Assembly: GCA_965112735.1 (NCBI GenBank)
Contig: OZ218955.1
Coordinates: forward strand, 2,356,001 to 2,420,000
Length of the DNA: 64,000 nucleotides
Direction of reading: 5' to 3'
DNA from: Phaeosaccion multiseriatum
Taxonomy: Eukaryota; Protista; Ochrophyta, other classes
Positions 22,903 to 34,800 of this stretch are shown one piece after another. Both the position numbers and the translations under genes were made by a program. A model generated the notes under the pieces. It was given only the letters and a program-made list of their open reading frames with translations. It was not told the origin of the DNA and did not search any database. The stretch's first letter is position 1. Every line of letters starts with the position of its first letter.

Positions 22903-23779
22903 TTCTCGCAGTCGTTGCGCTCCATCCAAACTGGGTACCCATTGAGAGGCCTCGCTCCTCCTCATTCAGTCGTCGCCAAGGCTGGGGGATAAACTTTTCA
23001 TTAAGAGTGCAGTCCTGTGGAGCCATAGACAGACATGCTGAGCTGCTCCGGGGCGACTGACGACGCGTGCTGCTGCGGGGGGGCGATGGATACTGCTGCT
23101 GCGGCAGAGGGGTGGCGAAGGTACACCACGCGCGGTAGGGAAAGGGCCACACGGGGTGGAGAAGGGAGGAGGCGGGGAGATTAGGGTGGAAGAACCCCGC
23201 GAAACGTATGGAGAGGAAAGGGCGACGAGGGAGCGTGGAAGCCCCGTCACCGGCGAGAGAAGACGAAAAAACTCTAGGCTAGACGCGAGCACCTGGCTGC
23301 TAGCACGTCAGACCTAGGCTCTCAAACTTCTACTAGATGTGTGTGCGTAGCGCAAGCCCTTGCAACCGTTAGCATTGGGGGCACCTCTTGTGTTTGCAAC
23401 CGTTAGCATGACACAAGTAAGCACACAGCACCTTCACCCTCACAAGAGCCGCAGTCGGGCCCTACTGCGATCCTTGCTTTCCTACACCACCGTCTCTACT
23501 CTCCTCCCTGCTTGCCCACACCCCCGCGTACCTGCTCTCGATCTCCTTCAATCACGGTAGGGTGGCGTGTACAGCAGGGCTCCTCCTCTTCTGAGCTCGA
23601 GCAGCAGAGAACACTGCTTTTCCATCTGCTGCCATATATATTTCTATCCTAAAACCCCCCTCGGGGTCCACACACGCGCCCACGCCCCACACCCTACCCC
23701 TCGGCTCTCAATACCCTGTTTCTCCGTCGACTCCACTCTGCGAGAACAGAACTTCCGTGGCTTCGCTGCTGAAGCAGCG
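22903..23779 (-). mobile_element. 877-bp mini derivative of the split-repeat family (A + short internal + 3' half of B)
   Basis: On the minus strand it starts CGCTGCTTCAGC and ends GCGAGAA. It is inserted exactly between AGCCCA and AACGAGG of the satellite, with no TSD and no deletion. Confidence 0.85.
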
Positions 23780-24810
23780 AACGAGGCATTTGCTGGCCAC
23801 ACCATGCCCGCGCAGGAGACTGGACGACTGCGACTGGCCTAACCGACACACTACATGGCCACAACGTCGCCAAGTTGGAACTGGCATGGGCCCAAAACGC
23901 CCAATCTGGCCCCTCACTGGACCCAAAGCCGGGGTTTGTGGGGCCCAAACAGCCCAAACGAGGCATTTGCTGGCCACACCATGCCCGCGCAGGAGACTGG
24001 ACGACTGCGACTGGCCTAACCGACACACTACATGGCCACAATGCCGCCAAGTTGGGACTGGCATGGGCCCAAAACGCCCAATCTGGCCCCTCGAGGGACC
24101 CAAAGCCGGGGTTTGTGGGGCCCAAACAGCCCAAACGAGGCATTTGCTGGCCACACCATACCCGTGCAGGCCGATGCGTGACTGCGACTGGCCCAACCGA
24201 CACACTACATGGCCACAACGCCGCCAAGTTGGAACTGGCATGGGCCCAAAACGACCCAAAGCCGGGGTTTGTGGGGCCCAAACAGCCCAAACGAGGCATT
24301 TGCTGGCCACACCATGCCCGCGCAGGAGACTGGACGACTGCGACTGGCCTAACCGACACACTACATGGCCACAACGTCGCCAAGTTGGAACTGGCATGGG
24401 CCTAAAACGCCCAATCTGGCCCCTCACTGGACCCAAAGCCGGGGTTTGTGGGGCCCAAACAGCCCAAACGAGGCATTTGCTGGCCACACCATGCCCGCGC
24501 AGGAGACTGGACGACTGCGACTGGCCTAACCGACACACTACATGGCCACAACGCCGCCAAGTTGGAACTGGCATGGGCCCAAAACGCCCAATCTGGCCCC
24601 TCACTGGACCCAAAGCCGGGGTTTGTGGGGCCCAAACAGCCCAAACGAGGCATTTGCTGGCCACACCGTGCCCGCGCAGGAGACTGGACGACTGCGACTG
24701 GCCTAACCGACACACTACATTGCCACAACGCCGCCAAGTTGGGACTGGCATGGGCCCAAAACGCCCAATCTGGCCCCTCACTGGACCCAAAGCCGGGGTT
24801 CGTCGGGCCC
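23780..24810. repeat. 177-bp satellite, block 5
   Basis: Same monomer. Confidence 0.96.
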
Positions 24811-25147
24811 AGCCTGTTCAGCAGCGCAGCAACGGAACTTTGTTTCTCGCGGAACAGAGACGAGGAAGAGGTGGGAGACATGGGAGCCAGCAGGGCGAAG
24901 CGTCAGCGTAGGTGCTTGGTACCGCCCCAAGGGGGGGGTCCCCTCTGGGGAGATGTACAGTATGTCAGTGAAGCAGGGAATTTAGATTTTTCAGAAGAGG
25001 AGAGACCTTGGCGTGTGCTGTCACTTACTGAGGCGGCGGAGACAGAGCCCAGGAAGAGTGGAGCACACTGTCAAGGAGGAGAGTAGATACTGGTGTGGTG
25101 GAAAGCGAGCCTCTTGTCCTGGGCCCGGACAGAGCGCTTGTGTTGGC

Positions 25148-25548
25148 TGTTAGAAGTCGTACTTTTGCTAGACTGATACCTGCCCTCTGAATTCAGACCG
25201 GGAGGTATCAGTCTAGCAAAAGTACGACTTCTAACAAGACCGTTGCTAGAAGACGAACCCCCCCCCCCCACCGCACATAGTGGAGAGAAGTAACTCGCAG
25301 TCTGAGAATCAGCATCATGGGCCAGCAAGCTGGTAACAGTTTTCGCCGAAAAATACGCTTTTTCACAAGCGACAGCTAAGGTTCGAACTCACAACTAGCC
25401 TTGTTAGAAGTCGTACTTTTGCTAGACTGATACCTGCCCTCTGAATTCAGACCGGGAGGTGTTAGAAGTCGTACTTTTGCTAGACTGATACCTGCCCTCT
25501 GAATTCAGACCGGGAGGTATCAGTCTAGCAAAAGTACGACTTCTAACA
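25148..25548. mobile_element. Hairpin-terminated mini-element, family H2 (401 bp): H-core-half H-H
   Basis: 89-bp palindromes TGTTAGAAG...CTTCTAACA at 25148-25236 and 25460-25548, a half copy at 25402-25459, a 165-bp core, and TSD TGGC. Confidence 0.9.
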
Positions 25549-26413
25549 TGGCCAAGGGGATCCGCCTGGTGTTGCGAGCCGGGATCCTCGTGGAAGAGGG
25601 AGGAAGAGCTAGGGAGACTGTGTCTGGTGTTGCGTGCCGACAGTCTCCACGGTGTTGCGTGCCGGAACTCTTCTTTTCTTTCCTTTGCCGGTGTTGCGGG
25701 GCTCTATGGCTTGGGACAAGCGGTGTCTGGTGTTGAGTGCCGACCGCCTCCACGGTGTTGCGTGCCGGCGCCTTTTGCCCTCTTCGCCCTTTCTTCCTTG
25801 CTGGTATCGCCGTAGGATCCGCGTCCGGTGTTGAGGCCGACGCCCTACTCATCTCTCCGCCCTCTCCTCTCTCCCGTGGCCCAAGGTTTGGGGGGTGTGG
25901 TCCACGGCATTTTTTGTCTTTTTGCGAGGCGAAAGGGGCTCCCGGGTGACGGCAGGCCCCTTAGCTCTTCCAGGTGTCTGTCTGTATGTTTGTGTGTGTA
26001 TGTTTCGACGGTGTTTCTGTGTGTAGGGTGCGTATTTCCTGTGTTTGGCGTGCGAACAAGGGCCTCCTCCACAAAGGAGACTGGCTCTGCGCGCGGTGAC
26101 AACAGCGGCTCATCCCTCGCCATTCCGGCCCTCAACGGCGGGCGGGGCAGTCCTAGGCAACAGCAGCCGTGGTCACTGCCCCTACACACGATGTGTGTTT
26201 GTACCTGTGTGTCCTGGTCTGCGTCTGTGTGTGCTAGTGTGCGTTTGTGGGTGCTGGTGTCCCTGTATTGTGCCTTTGTCTATATCTGTGTGCCTGTGAA
26301 TGTTTGTGTACGTCTGCGTGTTTAAGTGTACCTCCCTTGTTGTTGGAGTGTCTCCCACCTACAACAGCAGTATGGCCAGAAGGAGGCGTACGTGGTCGCC
26401 ACTGGCCTTGCCT

Positions 26414-29400
26414 TGAGCTACCTGGGATGTGGGACAGACCACACACCCCAGACAACCAACAAGCAAGGGGATTCTTATCCTATGTTGAGCGTGTATTAGC
26501 TTTCCTTTCTCTATCTCACTTTCCTATCTATCCTCCTCCTGCGACATGCCGTTCATATGAAGCTCGAGTTCCCCAAATGGCGACAATCCGGATTCGAACA
26601 TACCAAACACCTTTGAGACTCCACAACTTCCCCCCCCCAAGGCCGAGGCCAACCAGCCAAGGACTGAGAAAACTGTGAGGCGAAAAGGAGCAGCTCACAC
26701 ACAAACCTCTAATAGAACTAGAGCAAACCAGTGGGGAAAGAAACAAAGTCCAAAACCCCATGCATCTAGCAGCAAGCAAAGCAGCAAAGCATCCATATTC
26801 CAAAGCGTAGCACCAACTTCTTCAGCAAACAAAAGAAAATAACGGGGTGACACAACACCAAAAAGAAAAATGAGAACAACCACATACTAACCGACCCGTA
26901 CCCGTTGTGCACACAGCGAGCTGAAGCATGAAAACCGATCAATGCCAACCCCCCAAGTCGTAGCGCCAGCAGTGTTGCCTCCAAAAGAAAATCAAGCTCT
27001 CGAGTGCCAGAAGAGTTGATCAGACCCTTCGCAATAAGCAGCAGTAGCAGTAGCAGCAATCCCATAAATAAAGCAAACCAAATATCCCAAATGCGTGCAG
27101 CGAATCCTCGTCTCAATGTGTGTCATCAAAGGACGGCAATACCTCCAAACAAAGCCGCAGGCAGAGCAGCATAATCCAATTTCCATAGCAAGCACCAAGT
27201 AACCAGCTCCAGCAGCATCCATGCGGCATATACAACGCAAAAACACGATGCAATCCGCTGGGAAGGCTAGCATAAGCAACAAAGCGCGTCCAATCCAGCA
27301 AATTCAAATTCTTTTTGGAATCACAGATCCAAAAATGTCCATATAACCAACCCCTGTAGAAAAGCCGAAAATGCCCTCGCAGAAGCACTCATGTTTTCCA
27401 CTCCAAGCTCCTCGAACATCAACTCGTAGAAGCTATCCTTCAGCATACGCCGTACCAAGACCACTCCGCTGCGATTCCAATCGTCCGCCGCGAACTTCCG
27501 CTGTACCAGCTGAACAATACAACGAATGCAAAACACCTCGGTGCTGCGGTCCCGAAAAACGAACAAGTCCAATATCTCAAGCGCTGCTGCACCAATCCAT
27601 CGACCACCGAGCCCGATAGCAAGAGGATAATCCATCCCTACTGCCGCAAGTAAGTCGCGCAAGCACAGCAAACCACAAGCCCTTTTCTCTCCCATTGCCC
27701 ACGTTCACACCGCTCACGAGCCCCAACGCCGAAAAATCCATCACCTGCTCCTCTGCATCACAGGCAGGCCCCAAAACCCACTCCATAGCTATTGTGAACG
27801 ACCAAACGGCATGCCTCCGCCTTCCACGGCAGATAAGTAGCCACACTGCTCAAATGCCCCAATTCCCTTCAGCACCGGACGACGGGCATCTCCGCACACC
27901 CCGTAGATGGCCACCAAATGCTGCTGCACCTCCCGAAATGCAAACGCCTTACACTCCCAATGCCGCCTTCCAATTCCCAATGCCTCCCTTGCATGCTGCG
28001 CCCCTCCTGTCGCTCTTCGCTTCGCTGTTCTGGCCACAGGTTCAATATCCGCTCCACACGCAAACTCAAGGCGCCAACCACCATCAAAGTGCTCCCCGGT
28101 TCCTTCCAACAGCCCGAATAGCTGCCTTCGTATCCATGCGGTCACCGCTGATGCTCGTACTAACTGCCTTGCTGTAGCTGCTTGTCCTGAGAGCCCAATT
28201 GCACCACTGCTGCCGTCCTGCTCTCGCGCAAAAACTCTCCAGGGGCGAGGAAGATGAACACAATGCCACCTTCCGGCTATCCTTTTGCGACTAATGCACT
28301 CACTCTCACTACCCCCGCTGGCCGTGCTCCCGTGCGGCCCGTGTGCATCGATAGTAGGCGGGGGCGAATCACTTATTGCTGTTGCTGTAGCGTTGCTGCT
28401 AAATTCCGCTTCTCCAAGCGGGGCTGTCTCTATGGTTATATCCGTTGCGCCAAGCGGGGCGTTCTCTATGGCTGTAGGCGAAGCACTCCCGTGGGCAATT
28501 TCCGCTGTATCAAGCGGGGCGGCGACGTTCTCAATGGCATCACTGATGGCTGTGGCTGTAGCGGTGCTGCAAATTTCCGCTTCTCCAAGCGGGGCTGTCT
28601 CTATGGCTGTATCCGCTTCTCCAAGCGGGGCGTCGGCGTGTTCTATGGCAATTTCCGCTGTATCAAGCGGGGCGGCGGCGTTCTCAATGGCATCACTGAT
28701 GGCTGTGGCTGTAGCGGTGCTGCAAATGTCCGCTTCTCCAAGCGGGGCTGTCTCTATGGCTGTATCCGCTTCTCCAAGCGGGGCGTCGGCGTGTTCTATG
28801 GCAATTTCCGCTGCTCCAAGCGTGGCTTCCTCTCCCTCAATTTCCAAAATACTTCGCTCCATTGCGATCCCTGTTGCTTCCCCGCCCTCGTCCGCCTTAG
28901 ACGGAGCGTAAAAGCTATGCATGTCCAGTGCCTCATCACAAGACAGCGATGCTGGCGTATCCCCATGCTGTGCTACTCTCTGCGAACACAAAGCCTTTCT
29001 TCGGTCCTCACGCAACAACTCTGCCTTTGTCTGTTGCATCCACTGTTCCACGAACTGCATAGACAGCTGATGCAACCGCAATACATGCTGCTGAAACCAA
29101 AGCTGGTCATCACTGCTACGAGGAGAAACCAATCCAACCATCGTGCTGTGCAATCCCCATCGTTCTAGTCTTTTTCTGCTACAGTCACGCAACACCAACA
29201 AAAGGAAAATCCCTCAGCTTCCACCAAGTTGAGCCACCTGGGATGTGGGACAGACCACACACCCCAGACAACCAACAAGCAAGGGGATTCTTATCCTATG
29301 TTGAGCGTGTATTAGCTTTCCTTTCTCTATCTCACTTTCCTATCTATCCTCCTCCTGCGACATGCCGTTCATATGAAGCTCGAGTTCCCCAAATGGCGAC

Positions 29401-29441
29401 AATCCGGATTCGAACATACCAAACACCTTTGAGACTCCACA
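26414..29441 (-). mobile_element. Non-autonomous LTR retroelement (family C LTRs; LARD/TRIM-like), 3.0 kb
   Basis: 212-bp LTRs at 26414-26625 and 29230-29441 (one visible mismatch). TSD GCCT. PBS TGGTGGAAGCTGAGGGAT (rc of ~29209-29226) and a PPT next to the 3' LTR. No RT or IN. Confidence 0.92.
27789..29201 (-). CDS. Element-borne ORF, possible gag-like remnant with 51-aa acidic Ala-rich tandem repeats
   Basis: The ORF begins just after the PBS and has 153-bp repeats around 28360-28820. No recognisable domain; the start codon is uncertain. Confidence 0.35.
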   Translation of the reverse strand: MLVLRDCSRKRLERWGLHSTMVGLVSPRSSDDQLWFQQHVLRLHQLSMQFVEQWMQQTKAELLREDRRKALCSQRVAQHGDTPASLSCDEALDMHSFYAPSKADEGGEATGIAMERSILEIEGEEATLGAAEIAIEHADAPLGEADTAIETAPLGEADICSTATATAISDAIENAAAPLDTAEIAIEHADAPLGEADTAIETAPLGEAEICSTATATAISDAIENVAAPLDTAEIAHGSASPTAIENAPLGATDITIETAPLGEAEFSSNATATAISDSPPPTIDAHGPHGSTASGGSESECISRKRIAGRWHCVHLPRPWRVFAREQDGSSGAIGLSGQAATARQLVRASAVTAWIRRQLFGLLEGTGEHFDGGWRLEFACGADIEPVARTAKRRATGGAQHAREALGIGRRHWECKAFAFREVQQHLVAIYGVCGDARRPVLKGIGAFEQCGYLSAVEGGGMPFGRSQ

Positions 29442-29940
29442 GCCTGCAGTCTCTCTGGATGGGTGGGGGCGTTGCTGACCTTCGATACGGGAGCTCGCAC
29501 AGCTCACCTCCGGCAGCTACATCCGAGAGACATATCGGGCCGAGGAGCGGCGAAGGGAAGGAGACGGACTACAGCTGTACCTCCCTCACCATCTCGAACG
29601 CATGGGAGGGGGAGGGGGGGGGTCCGATGGAGGCTCAGCTCTCAGGACAAACAGCAACCGCAAGGCAGTCAGCACGAGCGTCAAAGGTGGCAGCATGGAT
29701 GCGAAGGCAGCTATTCGGGCTGTTGGAAGGAACCGGAGAGCCCTTTGATGGTGGTTGGCGCCCCGAGTTTGCGTGTGGAGCGGATATGGGACCTGTGGCC
29801 ATAGCAGCGAACCGATGGGCGACAAGAGAGGCACAGCATACGAGGGAGAATTGGGAATTGGAAGGCGGCATTGGGAGTGTACGGTACTCGCATTTCGGGA
29901 GGTACGGCAGCATTTGGTGACCGTCTACGGAGTGTACGGC

Positions 29941-31871
29941 CAAACAGCCCAAACGAGGCATTTGCTGGCCACACCATACCCGCGCAGGCCGATGCGTGAC
30001 TGCGACTGGCCCAACCGACACACTACATGGCCACAACGTCGCCAAGTTGGAACTGGCATGGGCCCAAAACGCCCAATCTGGCCCCTCACTGGACCCAAAG
30101 CCGGGGTTTGTCGGGCCCAAACAGCCCAAACGAGGCATTTGCTGGCCACACCATACCCGCGCAGGAGACTGGACGACTGCGACTGGCCCCACCGACACAC
30201 CAGATGGCCACAACGCCGCCGAGTTGGAACTGGCATGGGCCCAAAACGCCCAATCTGGCCCCTCGAGGGACCCAAAGCCAGGGTTTGTGGGGCCCAAACA
30301 GCCCAAACGAGGCAATTGCTGGTCACACCATGCCCGCGCAGGCCGATGCATGACTGCGATTGGCCCAACCGACACACCACATGGCCACAACGTCGCCAGG
30401 TTGGAACTGGCATGGGCCCAAAACGCCCAATCTGGCCCCTCACTGGACCCAAAGCCGGGGTTTGTGGGGCCCAAACAGCCCAAACGAGGCATTTGCTGGC
30501 CACACCATGCCCGCGCAGGCCATTGGACGACTGCGACTGGCCCAACCGACACACCACATGGCCACAACTCCGCCAAGTTGGAAGTGGCATGGGCCCAAAA
30601 CGCCCAATCTGGCCCCTCACTGGACCCAAAGCCGGGGTTTGTGGGGCCCAAACAGCCCAAACGAGGCATTTGCTGGCCACACCATGCCCGCGCAGGAGAC
30701 TGGACGACTGCGACTGGCCTAACTGACACACTACATGGCCACAACGTCGCCAAGTTGGAACTGGCATGGGCCCAAAACGCCCAATCTGGCCCCTCACTGG
30801 ACCCAAAGCCGGGGTTTGTGGGGCCCAAACAGCCCAAACGAGGCATTTGCTGGCCACACCGTGCCCGCGCAGGAGACTGGACTACTGCGACTGGCCTAAC
30901 CGACACACTACATGGCCACAACGCCGCCAAGTTGGGACTGGCATGGGCCCAAAACGCCCAATCTGGCCCCTCACTGGACCCAAAGCCGGGGTTTGTCGGG
31001 CCCAAACAGCCCAAACGAGGCATTTGCTGGCCACACCATACCCGCGCAGGAGACTTAATGACTACGACTGGCCCAACCGACACACTACATGGCCTCAACG
31101 CCGCATATTTGGAACTGGCATGGGCCCAAAACGCCCAATCTGGCCCCTCGAGGGACCCAAAGTCGGGGTTTGTGGGGCCCAAACAGCCCAAACGAGGCAT
31201 TTGCTGGCCACACCATACCCGCGCAGGCCATTGGATGCCTACGACTGGCCCAACCGACACACCACATGGCCACAACGTCGCCAAGTTGGAACTGGCATGG
31301 GCCCAAAACGCCCAATCTGGCCCCTCACTGGACCCAAAGCCGGGGTTTGTGGGGCCCAAACAGCCCAAACGAGGCATTTGCTGGCCACACCGTGCCCGCG
31401 CAGGAGACTGGACGACTGCGACTGGCCTAACCGACACACCACATGGCCACAACGCCGCCAAGTTGGGACTGGCATGGGCCCAAAACGCCCAATCTGGCCC
31501 CTCACTGGACCCAAAGCCGGGGTTTGTCGGGCCCAAACAGCCCAAACGAGGCATTTGCTGGCCACACCATACCCGCGCAGGCCATTGGACGACTGCGACT
31601 GGCCTAACTGACACACTACATGGCCACAACGTCGCCAAGTTGGAACTGGCATGGGCCCAAAACGCCCAATCTGGCCCCTCACTGGACCCAAAGCCGGGGT
31701 TTGTGGGGCCCAAACAGCCCAAACGAGGCATTTGCTGGCCACACCGTGCCCGCGCAGGTGACTGGACGACTGCGACTGGCCTAACCGACACACCACATGG
31801 CCACAACGCCGCCAAGTTGGAACTGGCATGGGCCCAAAACGCCCAATCTGGCCCCTCACTGGACCCAAAGC
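29941..31871. repeat. 177-bp satellite, block 6
   Basis: Same monomer, ~11 units. Confidence 0.97.
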
Positions 31872-34800
31872 CGCTGCTTCAGCAGCGAAGCCACGGAAGT
31901 TCTGTTCTCGCGGAGTGGAGTCGACGGAGAAACAGGGTATTGAGAGCCGAGGAGGGTGGAGCGTGAGCGCGTGTGTGGACCCCGAGGGAGCTGGTAGGAT
32001 AGAATATATTTATGGCAGCAGATGGAATACAACGGATTTGGATTTTCTGCTGGAGCTCAGAAGAGGAGGAGCTCTGCTGTACTCGCCACCCTACCGTGAT
32101 TGAAGGAGATAGAGGGCAGGTGCGGGAGCGTGTACAAGCAGAGAGGAGAGTAGAGACTGATGGTGTAGGAAAGCAAGGATCGCAGTAGGGCCCGACTGCT
32201 TCTCTTGTGAGGGTGAAGATGCTGTGTGCTTACTTGTGTCATGCTAACGGTTGCAAACACAAGAGGTGCCCCCAATGCTAACGGTTGCAAGGGCTTGCGC
32301 TACGCACACGCATCTAGTAGAAGTTTGAGAGCCTGGGCTTGATTATGTGTGTGAAGATGGTCCGCACGTCTAGCCCAAGGTTTTTTCTTCTCTCGCCGGT
32401 GACGGGGCTTCCACGTTAGCTCGTCGCCCTTTCCTCCCCATTAGTTTCGCGGGGTCCGTCCACCCTTATCTTTCCGTCTCCTCCCTTCTCCACCCCGCCG
32501 GGTTGTGGCGTCGCTGCGGCGGTGGCGGGATCTTTTAGTGGGGGGTGAAAGATCCTTCCGCCTTGGTCCTGATGAAGATGAGAGCCCCACGTATCGTATT
32601 GGACGGAGATGCAGCAGTGCAGGTGGACTCAAGGGGGGCTTTCAGGGGGGGAGGTATTGTGTGGGCAGCAGCAGCGCGCAGTGGGGTCGCTGCAGCCGGA
32701 GGGCACGGGCGCACGGACAGTTGGTGGGTAGTATGGGAGTGAGTGCCATGATGGGGAAAGGATAGCTGGGAGGTGGCATTGTTTTCCTCCTCCTCGCCCC
32801 TGGAGATGTTTTACGTGTGGGAGAAGGGCAGCCGCAGAACTGAATGAAAAGGGGCTCTCTGCCAAGCAGCAAGAGCCTCGGGAGCCACGGCGAAGGAGTT
32901 CGTGAGTGTGGCAGCGGCGGCTGCATGGATACGGGGCAGGTGTTCGGGCTATTACAAGGAACCGGTGAGCTCTGCATTGATGGTGGTTGGCGCCTCGAGG
33001 TGGCGTGTGAAGCGGCTGTTCTACCTGTGGCCGTAACAGAGAAGCCCCGAAACAACAGGAGGGGCGCAGCGAGCAAGGAAGGCATATGGGTCGTTGGCAG
33101 ACGGCATTGAGAGTACACAGCGCTTTCATCTCGCACGACACAGCAGCATCTAGGGTGTTCATCTACGTGTTAAGTGTGGGGAAAGGGCACTACGCTGGGG
33201 GGTTGCGGCAGAGAGTGGGGCATCGGGCCATGTCGCTACTTATCTGCAATGGGCGGCGGCGGAGTGGCGTTTGGTCGTCCACAACAGCTGTGGAGTGAGT
33301 GTGGGGGCCAGCCTGTGCTGCAGATGGTCGGATGAGGGATTTTTCGGGGTGTGTGGCACTTGAGCGGTGCGAACGAAGAAAATGGGCGAGAAAAGGCACT
33401 AGGTCTTGCTATGCTCGCGCGACTTACTTGGGGTAGTAAGGATGGCATGTCCTCGTGCCAGAGTGCCCGGCGGTCGATGCTTTGGGGCAGCAGGGCTTGA
33501 GATCTTGGGCTTGTTCGTTTTGCGGGACGACAGCAGCGAGGTGTTTTGCACTCGGTGTTTTCTCGACCGGGTACAGCGGAAGTCCGCAGCGGACGGTTGG
33601 GATAGCAGTGGAGGGGTCTCGGCACGGTGTATGCCGAAGGGCCGCGTCTACGAGTTGATTTTCTAGGAGCTTGGTGCGGAAAACATAAGTGCTCCTGTTG
33701 GGGCATTTTCGGTTATTCTACCGGGGTTGGTTCTATGGGTCTTTTGGATCTGTGATTCCGAAAAGATTTTCATTTGGCCCATTGAGCTGGACCTGCGGCG
33801 ATGGCGAATCTTTTAGATTGGGGGGTGAAAGAATTTCCGTCTTGGTCCGTCATTGGAGCAGGTGATGAAGAGAGCGCCGACTATCGTATTCGGAGGACTC
33901 CGCGGGGGCTGCCGGTGATGGAGGAGGGAGTAGAGTTGTGCCGCGTCTCCCTCACTTTCACTGATGGATCTGAAGGTGGGAGCACAGCAGATTGGTAGCG
34001 ACACAGCACGCATCTCGTCCCACTCCCGGCGGAACGATGAGGCTACAGCATCGGTCGCAAGGGGCGGTGGCTGGCGGCTCAGTCTTAGGTTGGCTTCGGC
34101 CACGGCATTTCAGTACACGTGCAGGAGGCTCTAGGCGGGGCAGGGCGGAGGCTACATGTGCAGACACGGCTGCGCCCTGGGGACTTTGGGTGAATGGGGG
34201 ATGAGCGGCTCCTCGGAACCGCTGCCCCCAAAGGCCCGTGCTCGCCCCCGTCAGGGAAGCGACACCCCGGAGACACTGTGTGCCCCGAGGTGAGTCCTTC
34301 TTAGGACTGCACTCTTAATGAAAAGTTTATCCCCCAACATTGGCGACGACTGGATGAGGAGGAGCGAGGCCTCTCAATGGGTACCCAGTTTTGATTGAGC
34401 GCAACGACCGCGAGAACGCTGCTTCAGCAGCGAAGCCACGGAAGTTCTGTTCTCGCGGAGTGGAGTCGACGGATAAACAGGGTATTGAGAGCCGAGGGGG
34501 GTGGAGCGTGAGCGCGTGTGTGGACCCCGAGGGAGCTGGTAGGATAGAATATATTTATGGCAGCAGATGGAAAACAACGGATTTGGATTTTCTGCTGGAG
34601 CTCAGAAGAGGAGGAGCTCTGCTGTACTCGCCACCCTACCGTGATTGAAGGAGATAGAGGGCAGGTGCGGGAGCGTGTACAAGCAGAGAGGAGAGTAGAG
34701 ACTGATGGTGTAGGAAAGCAAGGATCGCAGTAGGGCCCGACTGCTTCTCTTGTGAGGGTGAAGATGCTGTGTGCTTACTTGTGTCATGCTAACGTGTTAG

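Larger units (their letters stand above)
24811..29940 (+). mobile_element. Family A' element, 3'-truncated, hosting two nested insertions
   Basis: Collinear with the reverse complement of 5884 to ~4190 once 25148-25548 and 26414-29441 are removed. Confidence 0.82.

Noticed and set aside
22789-23152. N-terminal 120 aa of the 565-aa ORF
   Set aside because: This is chance read-through from the mini element and satellite into the truncated integrase.
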